DNA from: Eledone cirrhosa
Lineage: Eukaryota
Assembly: GCA_964016885.1 (NCBI GenBank)
Contig: CAXHJY010001504.1
Coordinates: 62,001 to 126,000 of the forward strand
DNA: 64,000 bases
Direction of reading: 5' to 3'
How positions within the stretch are numbered: position 1 is the first letter of the stretch; each line of letters opens with the position of its first letter. Both the position numbers and the translations under genes were made by a program. Positions 13,780 through 28,434 of the stretch are shown here, piece by piece. The notes under the pieces were generated by a model. The model did no database searches and was not told the DNA's origin. It was given only the letters and a program-made list of their open reading frames with translations.

Positions 13780-13938
13780 GATTGGTGCTCTGAAATAGCG
13801 ATGTATACATGCATGTATGTATAGTATATTTGGCAATATACCGTATGTTTAATTAAAAACATTTTGAAGACCTTGCGCTATCATTTATAAAGTAGTGACT
13901 ATGTCACTTACTTCTCTTTCCTGAAAAAGAAGGAAGAG

Positions 13939-13983
13939 AAGCTTACAGATTCTATTTCACGCTGTTGGCGTTCCTCAGAGCCT
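13939..13983 (-). ncRNA. Type I hammerhead ribozyme (family D); second, partly decayed copy on + at 14241-14285
   Basis: Minus strand reads aggct-CTGAGGA-ACGC CAACA GCGT-GAAA-TAG AAT CTG-TA-agctt. Confidence 0.75.
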
Positions 13984-14302
13984 TTGCTGAAAATTATAGA
14001 GGCAGGATTCTTATAGAATTCCAGTAATAACCAGGAGCTGATTATACAGAGCGATTGCCGTTCCAGCAAAAATTAAAAATTAGGATTGGTGCTCTGAAAT
14101 AACGATGTATACATGAATGTATGTATAGTATATTAGGTAATATACTGTATGTTTAATTAAAAACATTTTGAAGACTATATTACTGGAATTCTATAAGAAT
14201 CCAGCCTCTATAATTTTCGTCGACAAAGGCGGGGAGTACGATGCTCTGAGGATCGCCAACAGCGTGAAATAGAATCTGTCACCTTCTCTCTCTCCTTTCT
14301 CT

Positions 14303-14340
<38 letters not shown>

Positions 14341-14475
14341 AAGTATGACCCCGACGGCAGAGCTCAAGCCGTTTCGATGGGGGTCATACTTTTTTCTATT
14401 CCCCACTCTACTACCCTAAGTATTGAGTACTCTGTTGCGTTATGGGCCATCTGGTTCCTTACCACAACTCCTTTG

Positions 14476-14631
<156 letters not shown>

Positions 14632-14717
14632 CTGTTTGTACTTATGTATGTATGTATTTTGCACGACGCTTGAACGATTCTGCCAATTCACAACTCTAGA
14701 TTCTTTCTATCATATAA

Positions 14718-14915
14718 ATGGTTTCTTATATAGGCACAAGGCCAGCAATTTTTGGGGAGGGGAAAGTCGATTAATCGAACCCAGTCCGTGACTGGTACTT
14801 TATTTTATCGACCTGGTAAGGATGAAAGGCAACGTTCACCTCGGCGGGATTTGAACTCAAATCATAAAGGGCCGTAACTCTATGCTTCAAAGCATGGCGT
14901 CCGACATGAAAGCCA
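14718..14915 (-). mobile_element. SINE S1
   Basis: Reverse complement of the S1 consensus (GGCACAAGGCC...CTGGTACTTTATTTTATCGACC...GGATTTGAACTC). Confidence 0.85.
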
Positions 14916-15262
14916 TTTTACCACAAAAATCCGCTATTTATGTTTTTCGTTCACCAGATTTCCGCGATAATTCTTATGAGTAATTATAGCAAAGGAAGTG
15001 TGATAGACTACAAAAGGAAATTTTTCATTTACCATGAAAACGAGAACATGATGTATTATAAACTTATAGGTAGCATCAGATTGTTTAACAAACACACACA
15101 CACACACGTACACATACACCAACTCGTACTCACACACACATATATATATATATGTGCACACACATGTATATGTATATTGGTGTGCGTATTTTAGTGCAAA
15201 GTATACACATACATACACATACACACACATATATATATATGTGTATAAAATATCCCTCCCCC

Positions 15263-15311
<49 letters not shown>

Positions 15312-15629
15312 TGAACGCACACATTTTACGTTTTAAACAGAACAGACAGAATTTTCTCTAGGGTTATGTAGAGGCGACCTTTATTTCAATTATTTCCTCT
15401 TTGTGAAATCATTTTTCTCTATTGAATTAAACAGATAATTTGAAATCACTACACCGGTGATACAATTGGACTTTCACCGGTACTTTGTGAACCATCTTGG
15501 ACACCAATTTCAAGAAGGTAGGTCGTGTTTTTATTTGAGTTACTGTTTGTTATATACATTTAAAACATTTTCTTCTGTGAAATTAAACTAAACCATCTTT
15601 CCGTACATAAATATATATTATATATAAAT

Positions 15630-16285
15630 ACGGAGAGGCCCTACTAGCCTTCTGTTCTAGCAATGGACTCTATTATGAACACCTTCTTCCAGCACAGAGA
15701 CATCCATAAATAGACATGGTATACGGGGAATCAGGGGCAGAGATCAATAATTAATTTTGTTATTGTCTCTGATCTCTTTTATTCTGTGCTGGATATTCGT
15801 TTTAAGAGAGGGGCTGAGCTGTCAACTGATCACCATCTAGTTATCTGCAGCTTGAGACTACCTTAAAATCCAAGAAACCCATATAGGATAAAGTGGGAAG
15901 AATTGGTGGATAAGGAAGTCAGAACTATGTATGCAGATACTATTGCGTCTAACTTCAGAGAACTTCCTGAGCAAACTGAGAACGCTGAGACAGCGTGGAG
16001 ACTGTTCAGCGCAGCAGTTTCTGCTTCAGCTGTTAAATGCTGCGGGCAAAAGAGGTTTTGGTGTGGCGCCGGATAGCAGGAAGATTCAATGGTTCAATCA
16101 AGAGGTCAAAGATGTCATACGAACAAAGAAGGAGGCTTATATAAAGCTTGGCTTGGAAATAGGTCCCCTTTCTTGTACCAGCGGTACAAACAGGCACAAA
16201 AAATCGCAACAGAGACAGTAAAAGCGTCGTAAGTTAAGACATGGGAGGACTTTAGGTTTAAGCTGGAATCCCTCAGGAATAAATG
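15630..16285 (+). pseudogene. RTE-clade LINE fragment (end of the APE endonuclease and linker), decayed
   Basis: Manual translation LLAFCSSNGL..MNTFFQHRDIHK*TWY..GQRSIINFVIVS..DIRFKRGAELSTDHHLV; later WFNQEVKDVIRTKKEAY. Confidence 0.8.
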
Positions 16286-16523
16286 GGTGAAGAAGAAAAA
16301 TTTTGCCTCTCTTATTTTCATTATCTTTCTCATTTTCTCTCGTTCTCTCTTTCACACAGTCACATACACGCGCAAACACGTTTTCTTTCTCTCTCTCTCT
16401 CTCGCATACACACAAACAAAAGAACAAACGTATACGTGCATATACGCGTATATGTGAGGCATACACAATCTCCCCCTCCCCCTCTCTCTCGCTATATATA
16501 TATATATATAGAGAGAGAGAGTG

Positions 16524-16595
<72 letters not shown>

Positions 16596-16702
16596 TTATA
16601 TATATTTATCATTCTCTTTCATACTCGATTTTTCACGCCTGCACGCACACAAACACACACACGCACACAGACACACATAAACACACACAGAGACACACAT
16701 AA

Positions 16703-16759
<57 letters not shown>

Positions 16760-17089
16760 TATAACAAAGAATAAACAGCAATAAAAAACCACTAACACTA
16801 ACAATAACAATCAAATAAAGAAAAATCTTCCTGCTATAGAAGCAAGCTGTAAATAGAGACAACTGTTAGGTTTCACGTTTCACGACTGATTCGAACACTT
16901 CCGCTTCCGGTTGACACCCATTTTAATGAAGTAAAATATTTCTTTCTACCTGTCGGTGACTCCGTCATTTGAACTTCCTGTAACTAAAATAAGTTCTCTC
17001 CCTTTATAGAAACGTTCATCTTTTCTCAACAGATCCGTTTTCATCCGTTTCTCCTGATCACGTGGAAACTGTCTTATACACACCTATGA

Positions 17090-17124
<35 letters not shown>

Positions 17125-17234
17125 CGTATATATATTTGCAAACACACACACGCATATATATATTTAAATATGCCTATAGACAAGCATACATATATATATA
17201 TTCACACATATATATACATATATATAACTCTCTC

Positions 17235-17333
<99 letters not shown>

Positions 17334-17334
17334 T

Positions 17335-17367
<33 letters not shown>

Positions 17368-17759
17368 TTACATATGTGGGTCTGTGTGAATATTAGATAC
17401 ATTCACACATACACGCACACAGACAAACCTATATATGTATATACAAACATATACAACATTATGTATTTGAACTAATTATATTCAGTAAATTCTGAGAATA
17501 TTAGACAGTAAGCAATATGAAGTAATTTGCACCGAAAACGAAATTTTATGTACCGTATTAGTTTTCAAGTGTTTCTGAAATACGGTGCCTCGAAGCCCAA
17601 TAGTGTTTGACTTCCGTGTATATATAAAAAGAGAAACGTAGCTGTCATGTCAATGTTTCGTCTTTCACAATATATATCTTACATTCTGCTCACATGTACT
17701 GAGGTCTTATTCAATTAATATTTGACAGTTTTAATTGCATTGCTATATAGAGCAACCAA

Positions 17760-17832
<73 letters not shown>

Positions 17833-18706
17833 GATAAATTAGAAATTAGAAGTTAGGATTATCCGTCTACTAGGCATCATAGCTATTTCTTCGCGTTACA
17901 GACAAGATACCTCAGCCTAGGGCGATTCAATAACTAAAATAAGTTATTGGGATAAAAAGAAGTGGGTGGAGAAAGAGAAAGACATGTAAACAGACACGGT
18001 GGGGGAAGCAACGTAAAGAGAGGAAAAAAGGAAAAATATCAAGTCAATAATTCATTTCGAACATAAGAACAGGTGAATTTTGACGAGTAGATGAACGAAC
18101 AAAACACGGGAGGGAATTGTACACAGTTATATCAAGTTCACAATTGGTAGAAGTGGAGGAGTTTCAATCAACGTTTCTGATATAAGTCCTTCATCAGGAA
18201 AGTTCGGATAGGGGAAAAACAGGAACTCCGACAGGGTGTAAGGAGGGTTTAAGGAGGGAAGTTGCAAAGTTAACAAGTACACTATAATGATAAAAAAAAA
18301 ATATTTATATATATATATAAATTAATAAAAATAATGAATAAAAACAAAGAAACAGTTCCTTATATTAAAAAATTCTTATAAGGACCTGTTTCTTTGTTTT
18401 TATTCATTATTTTTATTAATTTATCTTGACTCTGTTTTCCTGTGTTTTTCATCGAAAAAATTTTGAATACATCTTCTCTTTTCATGATATTTGGATTACA
18501 TTGAGTTCTTCATACGGATTGGACACTACCGTATATTTTGGTAGATTTATCTACATATCTATCTATCTATATATCTATATATATATACGTATATATACAT
18601 ATATACATAACTCATCGTTCGGATTGCGTGCTCTAAACCTTTTGATATAAATATGTATATACATTTATATATATATACAAAATATATATATATACATATA
18701 TGATAT

Positions 18707-19226
18707 TAAATAAATGGAAACTATATTTATAAAACCATATTTATTTCATTATATATATTTCAGGGATATCATATTAACAATATGTTATGCCTTCATCAGA
18801 CAAAATACAATATAAACAGTCTTATAAATAAATAGATATGACATACCTTTCAATCGAGTTGCATTTGGGAAGTTGATTTGGCAGTAAAAAATATTGTGGA
18901 CAGTTGTAAAAAGAAAGAGAGAAAGAAAGAAAGAAAGAAAAACGAAGAAAAAGAAGATATCTATTTATTTATAAGACTGTTTATATTGTATTTTGTAAAT
19001 ATCTATTTATTTATAAGACTGTTTATATTGTATTTTGTCTGAAGAAGGCATAACATATTGTTAATATGATATCCCTGAAATATATATAATGAAATAAATA
19101 TGGTTTTATAAATATAGTTTCCATTTATTTAATATCATAAATATACTCCAAATACTTGTTGAGTGCTTTTATATCAGTTATAAATATTTACTCGTTGTTA
19201 ACCCAACAATTTAAATATAACTTTCC

Positions 19227-19228
<2 letters not shown>
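18707..19228. mobile_element. Palindromic element end (family G) with two hammerheads (18742-18807 minus; 19031-19096 plus)
   Basis: tattttgt-CTGA(T/A)GA-AGG...CCT-GAAA-TATATA-TA-atgaaata on both arms; 3' end abuts (TA)n. Confidence 0.7.
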
Positions 19229-19276
<48 letters not shown>

Positions 19277-19342
19277 CGAAGGAAATGTGGTAAGGAACCA
19301 GATGGACCATAACGCACCAAAGTACTCAATACTTAGGGTAGT

Positions 19343-19408
<66 letters not shown>

Positions 19409-19643
19409 CAAATGGAAGGTTCGTAAAATCGAAGTTATGGCGGTGGCCAAGCTAACGAGATACAATTAGGTTTGCACAAAAGCACTCAATATGGATGTAT
19501 CAATGAATCGATAGCCTGCACCTTAGAGTAATTAACCTACGTTAGATAGCCTGACAAATTGAAAACTAGGGCAAGGAGGCCTAGACACATAATTCACCTT
19601 AACCACGAAAATACAATCATGTTATATGCATATATATATATAA

Positions 19644-19773
<130 letters not shown>

Positions 19774-19865
19774 ACACAATAAGTTCATAACAGTAGCATC
19801 ATGCTACATTTTATAAACTTGTTATAAAATATCCAAGGTTTTAGATGTATATATATGTGTGTATC

Positions 19866-19896
<31 letters not shown>

Positions 19897-19901
19897 CTAT
19901 C

Positions 19902-20103
19902 TTGGTGCTCCTGGAGATGAGGGTTGTACATTTTTTCGGGGTGTGTACAACCCCTGTGTAACGCCAACCCCCCTATTGGGGATTTCAATTGTTATTTGTT
20001 ATTTTATTAATAGTTTTATTTTCATATACCTGTATGTAAACTCCCCATTTGTATTTGTCCTCTTCTTTTGTGCCCTTGCGGCTAATAAAGAAATTTATCT
20101 ATC

Positions 20104-20134
<31 letters not shown>

Positions 20135-20717
20135 CTAGCTAGCTATCTATTGTCGCGGGTGGGACCAATCCGGTTGACCACAGAGTCCATTGTCATGATC
20201 AAACCGCCACCCTCCTTCAAAAACGAAGGAGAGGCGGTTTTCCTTTGTGTGATAGCTATGGCGAAAGAGGTTGTATGGTGGACAAGGTTGAAAGGGCTGA
20301 GGTCAGACACCTTTCTCTCCGGCCAACAACTGATTCTTTTTTTCAAATACCACTTTGGAAGAAGAATCAGGATGGAGAGAGAGGTGCTGTACCCCAGCAA
20401 GTTTTATGAAAGGTGGGTGAAAGTGGCGAGAATGGCCCGAGTGAATGGGCCTTCTCTCTATATCAGCCTGTAGGTTGAGGAAAAGGAGGAGGAGAGGAAA
20501 GGAGTACAAACTCTTCGTACTCATTTTTACAAACTCTTCGTTGCACATTTTTTCGGGGGTATGTGTTACCCATATGAACTGTCTCCCCCTATTGGGGAAA
20601 ATCGACTAATTTTTTAAATTGCATTTGTGATAATATTTTACACGTTTTTATTGTATGTAAACTTCCCCCTTTGTATTTGTCCCCTTCTTTTGTGCCCCTG
20701 TGGCTAATAAAGAAACA
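19902..20717 (+). mobile_element. Two 5'-truncated Tx1/L1-like LINE 3' ends separated by (ATCT)n
   Basis: ORF end ..EVVWWTRLKGLRSDTFLSGQQLILFFKYHFGRRIRMERE..PSLYISL*; tail GTGGCTAATAAAGAAA then (ATCT)n; aligns with the CCHC-bearing copy at 41900-42800. Confidence 0.75.
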
Positions 20718-21289
20718 TATCTATCTATCTATCTAACTACATACGAGTGTGTGTATGTTTCTGTATGTGTGTATATGTTTGTGTGAATGCGTGAGTGTGT
20801 TCCTCAATGGTGTTGTGATAACGTGTGACATAATATTCCGTTGCTAGATCTATTATACAGGAGGGTGTAAGCCATTCCTCCAAGAGAAAATATCTCCCAT
20901 GTACGTAAGATAAGTCAGCGAGTTGCTATTCAACCGGATGTTGAAGGAAACCGGAGATTTTTTCACCGGAAGCTCTTGTTCTTCTACATCAACAATATCT
21001 TGTCAATGGTGGCAGTGGCAGGTTGAAAATATGACGTGGGCACGGGGGGCGGGAGGGAGGGGGTTGGAGATGAAACTGTGTGTTTGTGTTTGTGCCTGTG
21101 TGTTTGTGTTTGTTTTTATGTATGTAGGTGTGTATGTGTGCATGTTTGTGTATATGAGGGCGAGGAGGAGAGAGAGAGAGAGAGGGAGACAGAGAGAGAG
21201 AGCGAGAGGGAGACAGAGAGAGAGAGAGACAGAGAAAAAATGGGTAGTGGTAAGAGTCAAGAGGGCATGATCCAAAGCATGTCTATTTG

Positions 21290-21341
<52 letters not shown>

Positions 21342-21424
21342 ATTTATCTGTCTATCTATCGATCTATCGATTAATCTATCTAGTTTGTATCTATCTATGT
21401 ATCCATCACCCCCCTCTCTCTCTC

Positions 21425-21455
<31 letters not shown>

Positions 21456-21696
21456 GAGTGCATTTATTATTTACACATATATGTGTGTATGTATATATAT
21501 ATTTACATATATATAAATATATATATGCAGATATGTGTGCGTGTGAGTGTGTATGTGTGTATGTTTGTATTTATGTCTTCCTGTGTATGTGAGTGGGTAT
21601 GTGTGTCTCGAGCTATCGACTGCAATACTCAGCAATAACCAGTATGGGACAAACATGCCGTGAGCCACTAGGAAATCGCAGAATCTAACATCCTCG

Positions 21697-22357
21697 ACAC
21701 CACCAGCACCATCAGCACAACCACCACCACAAACACCACCACCACCACCAGCACCACCAGCACCATCAGTACAACCACCACCACCACCACCAGCACCATC
21801 AGTACAACCACCACCACAAACACCACCACCACCACCAGCACCAGCACCATCAGTACAACCACCACCATCAGCACAACCACCACTAAAAACACCACCATCA
21901 CCACCACCAGCACCATCAGCACAACCCCCCCACCAGCACCATCAGCACAACCACCACCACAAACACCACCACCTTCACAACTACCACTATCAGCACCACC
22001 ACCATCACAACTATCACCACCACCACCACCAGCACCATCAGTACAACCACCACCACCAGCACCATCAGCACAACCACCACCACAAACACCACCACCACCA
22101 TCACCACCCCCACCAGCACCATCAATACAACCACTACCACAAACACCACCACCACCACCACCACCACCACCACCACCATCAGTACAACCACCACCACAAA
22201 CACCACCACCTTCACAACTACCACTATCAGCACCACCACCATCACAACTATCACCACCACCACCAGCACCACCACCACCACCAGCAGCACCATCAGCACA
22301 ACCACCACCACAAACACCAACAACAGCAACAACAATAGCAGCAGCAGCAGCAGCAGC

Positions 22358-22424
<67 letters not shown>

Positions 22425-22440
22425 GCAGCATCACCTCCAC
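21697..22440. repeat. (CAC/CAG/CAA)n low-complexity tract
   Basis: Direct reading; the Gly/Val-rich ORFs here are artefacts. Confidence 0.9.
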
Positions 22441-22442
22441 CA

Positions 22443-23194
22443 ATAATTGTTTCTACTTTTGGCACAAGGCCAGCAATTACCTCAGTGTATTTCTGGTACT
22501 TTATTTTATCGACCCCGTAAGGATGAAAGGCAAAGTTAACCTCGGCGGGATTTGAACTCAGAATGGCAAGGGCCGTAACTCTATGCTGCAAAGCATGGCG
22601 TCCGACCCTTTACCGATACTGCCAATCTACCACCCTAGGTTAATAATAATAATAGTTTCTACTTTTGCCACAGGGAGAGTAATTTTGGGGGAGGGGAAAG
22701 TCGATTATATCACCCCCAGTGCGTTACTGGTACTTTATTTTATCAACCCCGTCAGTAATAAAGGTTAATAATAGTAATAATTGTTTCTACTTTAGGCACA
22801 AGGCCAGCAAATACCCAGTGTATTACTGGTACTTTATTTTATCAACCCCGTCAGTAATAAAGGTTAATAATAGTAATAATTGTTTCTACTTTAGGCACAA
22901 GACCAGCAAATACCCAGTGCATTACTGGTACTTTATTTTATCGACCCCGTAAGGATGAAAGGCAAAGTCAACCTCGGCGGTTTCTACTTTTGGCATAAGG
23001 ACAGTAATTTTTTTTTTGGGGGGAAGTCGGTTATATCAGTCCCAGTTCATTACTGGTACTTTATGTATCAATGTCTGAGAAGGATGGAAAGCAAAATTGA
23101 CCCCGGTGGGACTTGAACTCGGAATGGCAAGGGCCGTAACTCTATGCGTCAAAGCATGGCGTCCGACCCTCTACCGATACTGCCAATTCACCGC
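22443..23194 (-). mobile_element. Cluster of SINE S1 copies and tandem 3' fragments
   Basis: Repeated TTGTTTCTACTTT.GGCACAAGGCCAGCAA...CTGGTACTTTATTTTATC; full heads near 22560-22633 and 23115-23194. Confidence 0.85.
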
Positions 23195-23383
23195 CTATTC
23201 TTTAGCAATAACACCGATTTCTTTAGTAATAACAAATGAAAATAAGTAAAAGAATAGCGACTTCAGCTGTAACAAGAGTGGGAAATGCAACCTTCACGGT
23301 TGGAGTCTCCCGGGAGACTCCAACCGTGAAGGTTGTATTTTTCAGTGTATGTCAATATTTATTTATAAAACTAATCTATATTA

Positions 23384-23449
23384 TATTTTATCTGATGAAA
23401 GCGCACCATAATCTGCCTTGGTGGCCCTTGAAATATGTGTAATGAAATA
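23384..23449 (+). ncRNA. Type I hammerhead ribozyme (family G variant)
   Basis: tattttat-CTGATGA-AAG cgCACCA..TGGTGgcc CTT-GAAA-TATGTG-TA-atgaaata. Confidence 0.7.
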
Positions 23450-23787
23450 AATAAGCTTTTATAAATATAGTTTCCATTTGTTAATATATTGTATATATAT
23501 ATATATATATATATATACAATATATTCACCTAGCTTATGCTAACAGAATAACTATGAAGCTTGTTCCCTTCCTTCTACGGTTAGCTATCCTCTTTGTTGT
23601 TATCTTGTTTCACTTGCTTTACGCGTTTTAATTGTCCTAATAACTTAATTTAGTTATTATTGCACCGACGTGAGGTATATGATTTTTAATGCAATGAAAT
23701 ATCTATGATCGTCGGCAAATCACTGATGAGGGACTCATTTTATTGCATGTTATCCATGTGCAACCAGCAGTATTCTTCTCCCCATTT

Positions 23788-23830
<43 letters not shown>

Positions 23831-23835
<5 letters not shown>

Positions 23836-24015
23836 GGCTTCTACAGGACTAGAACTGTTTCATTCGGAGGAAATCATCAGAAAGGGCTTTCTGATGATTT
23901 CCTCAGAATGAAACAGTTCTAGTCCTGTAGAAGCCATTTATATATTAAATTACTTTTACTCTGCTATGTATTGAGTACCTTACTTACTGTGGTTATCCCC
24001 GATTTAACCCGGGAT
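23831..24015. mobile_element. Family A palindromic end with two back-to-back hammerheads
   Basis: + HHR 23885-23935: ggcttt-CTGATGA-TTTC CTCA GAAT-GAAA-CAG TTCTAGTC CTG-TA-gaagcc; mirror copy on minus at 23836-23884. Confidence 0.75.
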
Positions 24016-24019
24016 CTAC

Positions 24020-24083
<64 letters not shown>

Positions 24084-24127
24084 CAGTGTATGAGTGGGTG
24101 TGTGTGTCTCATAGAAATACACACACA

Positions 24128-24215
<88 letters not shown>

Positions 24216-24292
24216 TAGATAGATATATACATAGATATATATATGTATATATACATATATATATATATCGATCAAATATATGGAGAATAGAA

Positions 24293-24339
<47 letters not shown>

Positions 24340-24833
24340 GCTACGTCGATACACACACACAGATATATATATATATATACGCACACACATGATCTAAACA
24401 TGTTGGGAAGGCAAAGAAAAGGAAAAGGGGAAAAAATTCAAACAAAAATATATACAAATAATTAAAAATAAAATAGAAATTATCACTATATCGCAAGCTA
24501 TCGTTTCGACACTTAGACGGTTTCTTCATTTTCAGCAGACGATGTTCTGTGTGCTAAAGCTATATTAGTAAGGGAGAAGAGAATGGAGAGAAAATAGAGG
24601 AAATAGAGAAAATTCTTCTTCTATCGCCTGATAAAATGTCAACACACATCAATGAGACCCTACAATGTGTGTCTTCTCGTGAAAAAGGCAAAAACATTGA
24701 GATTTCACCTTCTGTACAATTTCGTAGTTGCCTTTTATTTTACTTTGCAAATTTAACCTGTTTTTTATTATCACCATAATCACCATTCTTGATTCTTCAT
24801 CATTCTTCAACACTGTTCTTCTTCTTTTTGTTT

Positions 24834-24921
24834 TTCTTCTTCTTCTTCTTCTTCTTCTTCTTCTTCTTCTTCTTCTTCTTCTTCTTCTTCTTCTTCTTCT
24901 TCTTCTTCTTCTTCTTCTTCT
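24834..24921. repeat. (CTT)n microsatellite
   Basis: Direct reading. Confidence 0.95.
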
Positions 24922-25116
24922 CATTACTGTTATTGTTATTATCATTATTAGCTAGTGTATTTATCCATTAGGTTTCTTTTAGCTTTGCCTTTCGCCATTT
25001 TGCTGTCTATTTTAATTCTATTTTTAGTTTTGCTGTCTTATTTTATTTTTTCTTGTTCATCGTTTCTGTAGATTTTGTTGCTTCTTTAAGCATGTTAATC
25101 TACCTACAGACATACA

Positions 25117-25147
<31 letters not shown>

Positions 25148-25168
25148 CGCCCCCTCTCTCTCTCTCTA

Positions 25169-25201
<33 letters not shown>

Positions 25202-25251
25202 GTATATATAAAGATAGATAGATAGAGAAAGAGAAGCAGAGGGGGAGTGAG

Positions 25252-25322
<71 letters not shown>

Positions 25323-25426
25323 TCCCCCTCTGCTTCTCTTTCTCTATCTATCTATCTATCTATCTTTCCATCTATGTATTTATCTACCAATCCATCGCAT
25401 TCGCTATCTATTTATCTATCTATGTA

Positions 25427-25492
<66 letters not shown>

Positions 25493-25509
25493 ATTATATT
25501 TCTGTCTAC

Positions 25510-25598
<89 letters not shown>

Positions 25599-25831
25599 GG
25601 TCTGTTTCTCAGTTTATCTGCCACTATCCCGCCATGTCTATATATCTTCCTCTTTCTCACTTAGTCTTCTGTGGCTCCCTCTCTCAAATTTTCATCTTTC
25701 TGAACCCCATTCACCTTACTCTCACATACATACACGTTGCTCTCATGTTTATTGTGTTTTTTCGTAGCCATTATCTCTTTCATACGCCATCTTCAATTTC
25801 TCTAGTCTGCAACGAATTGTTCCGTTGTGGG

Positions 25832-25915
<84 letters not shown>

Positions 25916-26282
25916 ATATATATATGTATATATGTATATATGTATGTATATATTTATATATATATATATATGTATGTATATATGTATAGATATATGTATG
26001 TGTCTACGTATATATGTATATATGTATGTATATGTATATATGTGTGTATATGTATATATATATATATTTCTTTTTCTTTTTTGTATATAATGTATATATA
26101 TACATATAGAGTATATATATATAAACAAACATGTATATATATATATATAGATATTTTATATATAATGTATATATATATATACATATAGAATATATATATA
26201 CACACACACATATATATATATATATATAGATATTTTATATATAATGTATATATATACATATAGAATATATTTATATACACAC

Positions 26283-26336
<54 letters not shown>

Positions 26337-26524
26337 CCCTGCCACTTTCCCAGTCTCTTTCACCGTATCTATCTTACATACGCTGTGTGTTATCTCTGCA
26401 TTCCACCATTTTTGTCGTCTGCGTTGAAATGTTTCACTTTCGGAATTCTATTTGTATTTTAAACTTGTTTACTTATTAGCTAAACACTATGAAATTAGAA
26501 ATTAAATAGTCAATTTATAAACTA

Positions 26525-26604
<80 letters not shown>

Positions 26605-26909
26605 GCCTTTACATATTGTGTGTGTGTGTTTGTGCGTGTGTGTGTTCGTGTGTATCGTTGTTTTCTAAATGCTATATTCCCATATTTTTATCTTAAATTA
26701 TTTCACTTGAAAAGTCAAATATATACTGATTAATTATCTGTATACACACCCACACAGACACATATATATATATATTTACATTTATATGTATATATATTTA
26801 TATAAATATATGCATATGTATACATATGTATACCTATATATACGTATTTATATATATATATATATGCATATGTATACGTATAATATATGTATACGTATAT
26901 ATACGTATC

Positions 26910-26997
<88 letters not shown>

Positions 26998-27078
26998 CAT
27001 ATATATCTATACATATATGTGTATATGTTATATGTTATATGTATGTATGTTATATGTATATATGTTATATATATATGT

Positions 27079-27112
<34 letters not shown>

Positions 27113-27326
27113 ACCAAATATCCAGAGGAGACAGTATATTGTGTATATACTAAATACATATTACAGAGAAGCCTATGTATTTAGTATATATACAATATAA
27201 TGGTTCTTTCTCTCTATATACATTTATCTTCTATATTTGACTTATTATTGCACTAGATAATGTCTATTGAGCTTATTTATTGAGAAGCACATACTTCTAA
27301 CATATTTAATATGTCCCACACACAAG

Positions 27327-27572
<246 letters not shown>

Positions 27573-27656
27573 ATATATATATATATAAATATATAAATGT
27601 AATGCTCAGAAGTATTTTTCTTAGAGCTTAATATTTGAAAATGACTACTAAACTGA

Positions 27657-27687
<31 letters not shown>

Positions 27688-27937
27688 GAAAAGTATAGAA
27701 ATTTTTGTAGCAAGAAGCCAACAGTATTTCATAAAATATAGGTGACTATAGCGTCAAAATGGGAAAATAGTTAACGTAAGATGTGGGAAAAATAATTCAA
27801 ACTCAATTCAAAAAGAATCAGGATATAGATTCATCCAACAGAATTTAGTGAAATTCAGGGAAAAATCAATAGAGCATTAACTCATGATAAAATAAAGTTT
27901 AAAATACTCATCCTTCAATTTGGAAAAACTACAAATG

Positions 27938-28015
27938 CTTTGTATAGTCTTGAAAAGACTATTTCACAAAACTTTCAGTGGGGATGGTCACGGTTGGATT
28001 CGATCATCAGCAGAG
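27938..28015 (-). ncRNA. Hammerhead-like fold with a 6-bp stem III
   Basis: Minus strand reads ctctg-CTGATGA-TCGAA...TTTGT-GAAA-TAGTC TTTTCAA GACTA-TA-caaag; one stem I mismatch, weak stem II. Confidence 0.5.
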
Positions 28016-28381
28016 ATCAACACGATAACCAAAATTTCACTGATTATAATATACCAAAATGGAATTTAGAAGCAAGCTAGTTCGACATCATGCGTAATTA
28101 TGAAAATAAAACGCACATGTGGAGACAGGGCTGGTGACGTCAGAATGAGACGAATGTTTGTTTACATGAAATAACAGTCAAAAACATTCCGAAAAAAAAT
28201 CTACAATAAGGAGTTCATCAAAAAGCAATATTATCGCGTTTTTTTTTAAAAAGATACCGGGATTAGTCACAAATAATTTAAGCATTCTAGGAAAGAAATC
28301 CAAGTATAAATATAAATATATATTTATTAAAATAACAGATTAAAGTTTAAGCAAAGAATCGCTGCTTTCACCCTTAACGGG

Positions 28382-28434
28382 AAGTTTCAGAAGATCCCGT
28401 TAAGGGTGAAAGCAGCGATTCTTTGCTTAAATTT
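28382..28434 (+). ncRNA. Hammerhead-like fold with CAGAAGA core (family C); second copy on minus at 62985-63035
   Basis: aagttt-CAGAAGA-TCCC GTTAA GGGT-GAAA-GCA GCGATTCTT TGC-TT-aaattt, inside palindrome 28323-28457. Confidence 0.6.

Noticed and set aside
17865-18205. Hammerhead-like motifs at ~17870-17920 and ~18162-18202 (minus), also ~24490-24535
   Set aside because: Core or stems do not close properly; at most decayed copies, not counted.
21668-22591. 307-aa Gly/Val-rich ORF
   Set aside because: It starts inside a SINE and runs through trinucleotide repeats.
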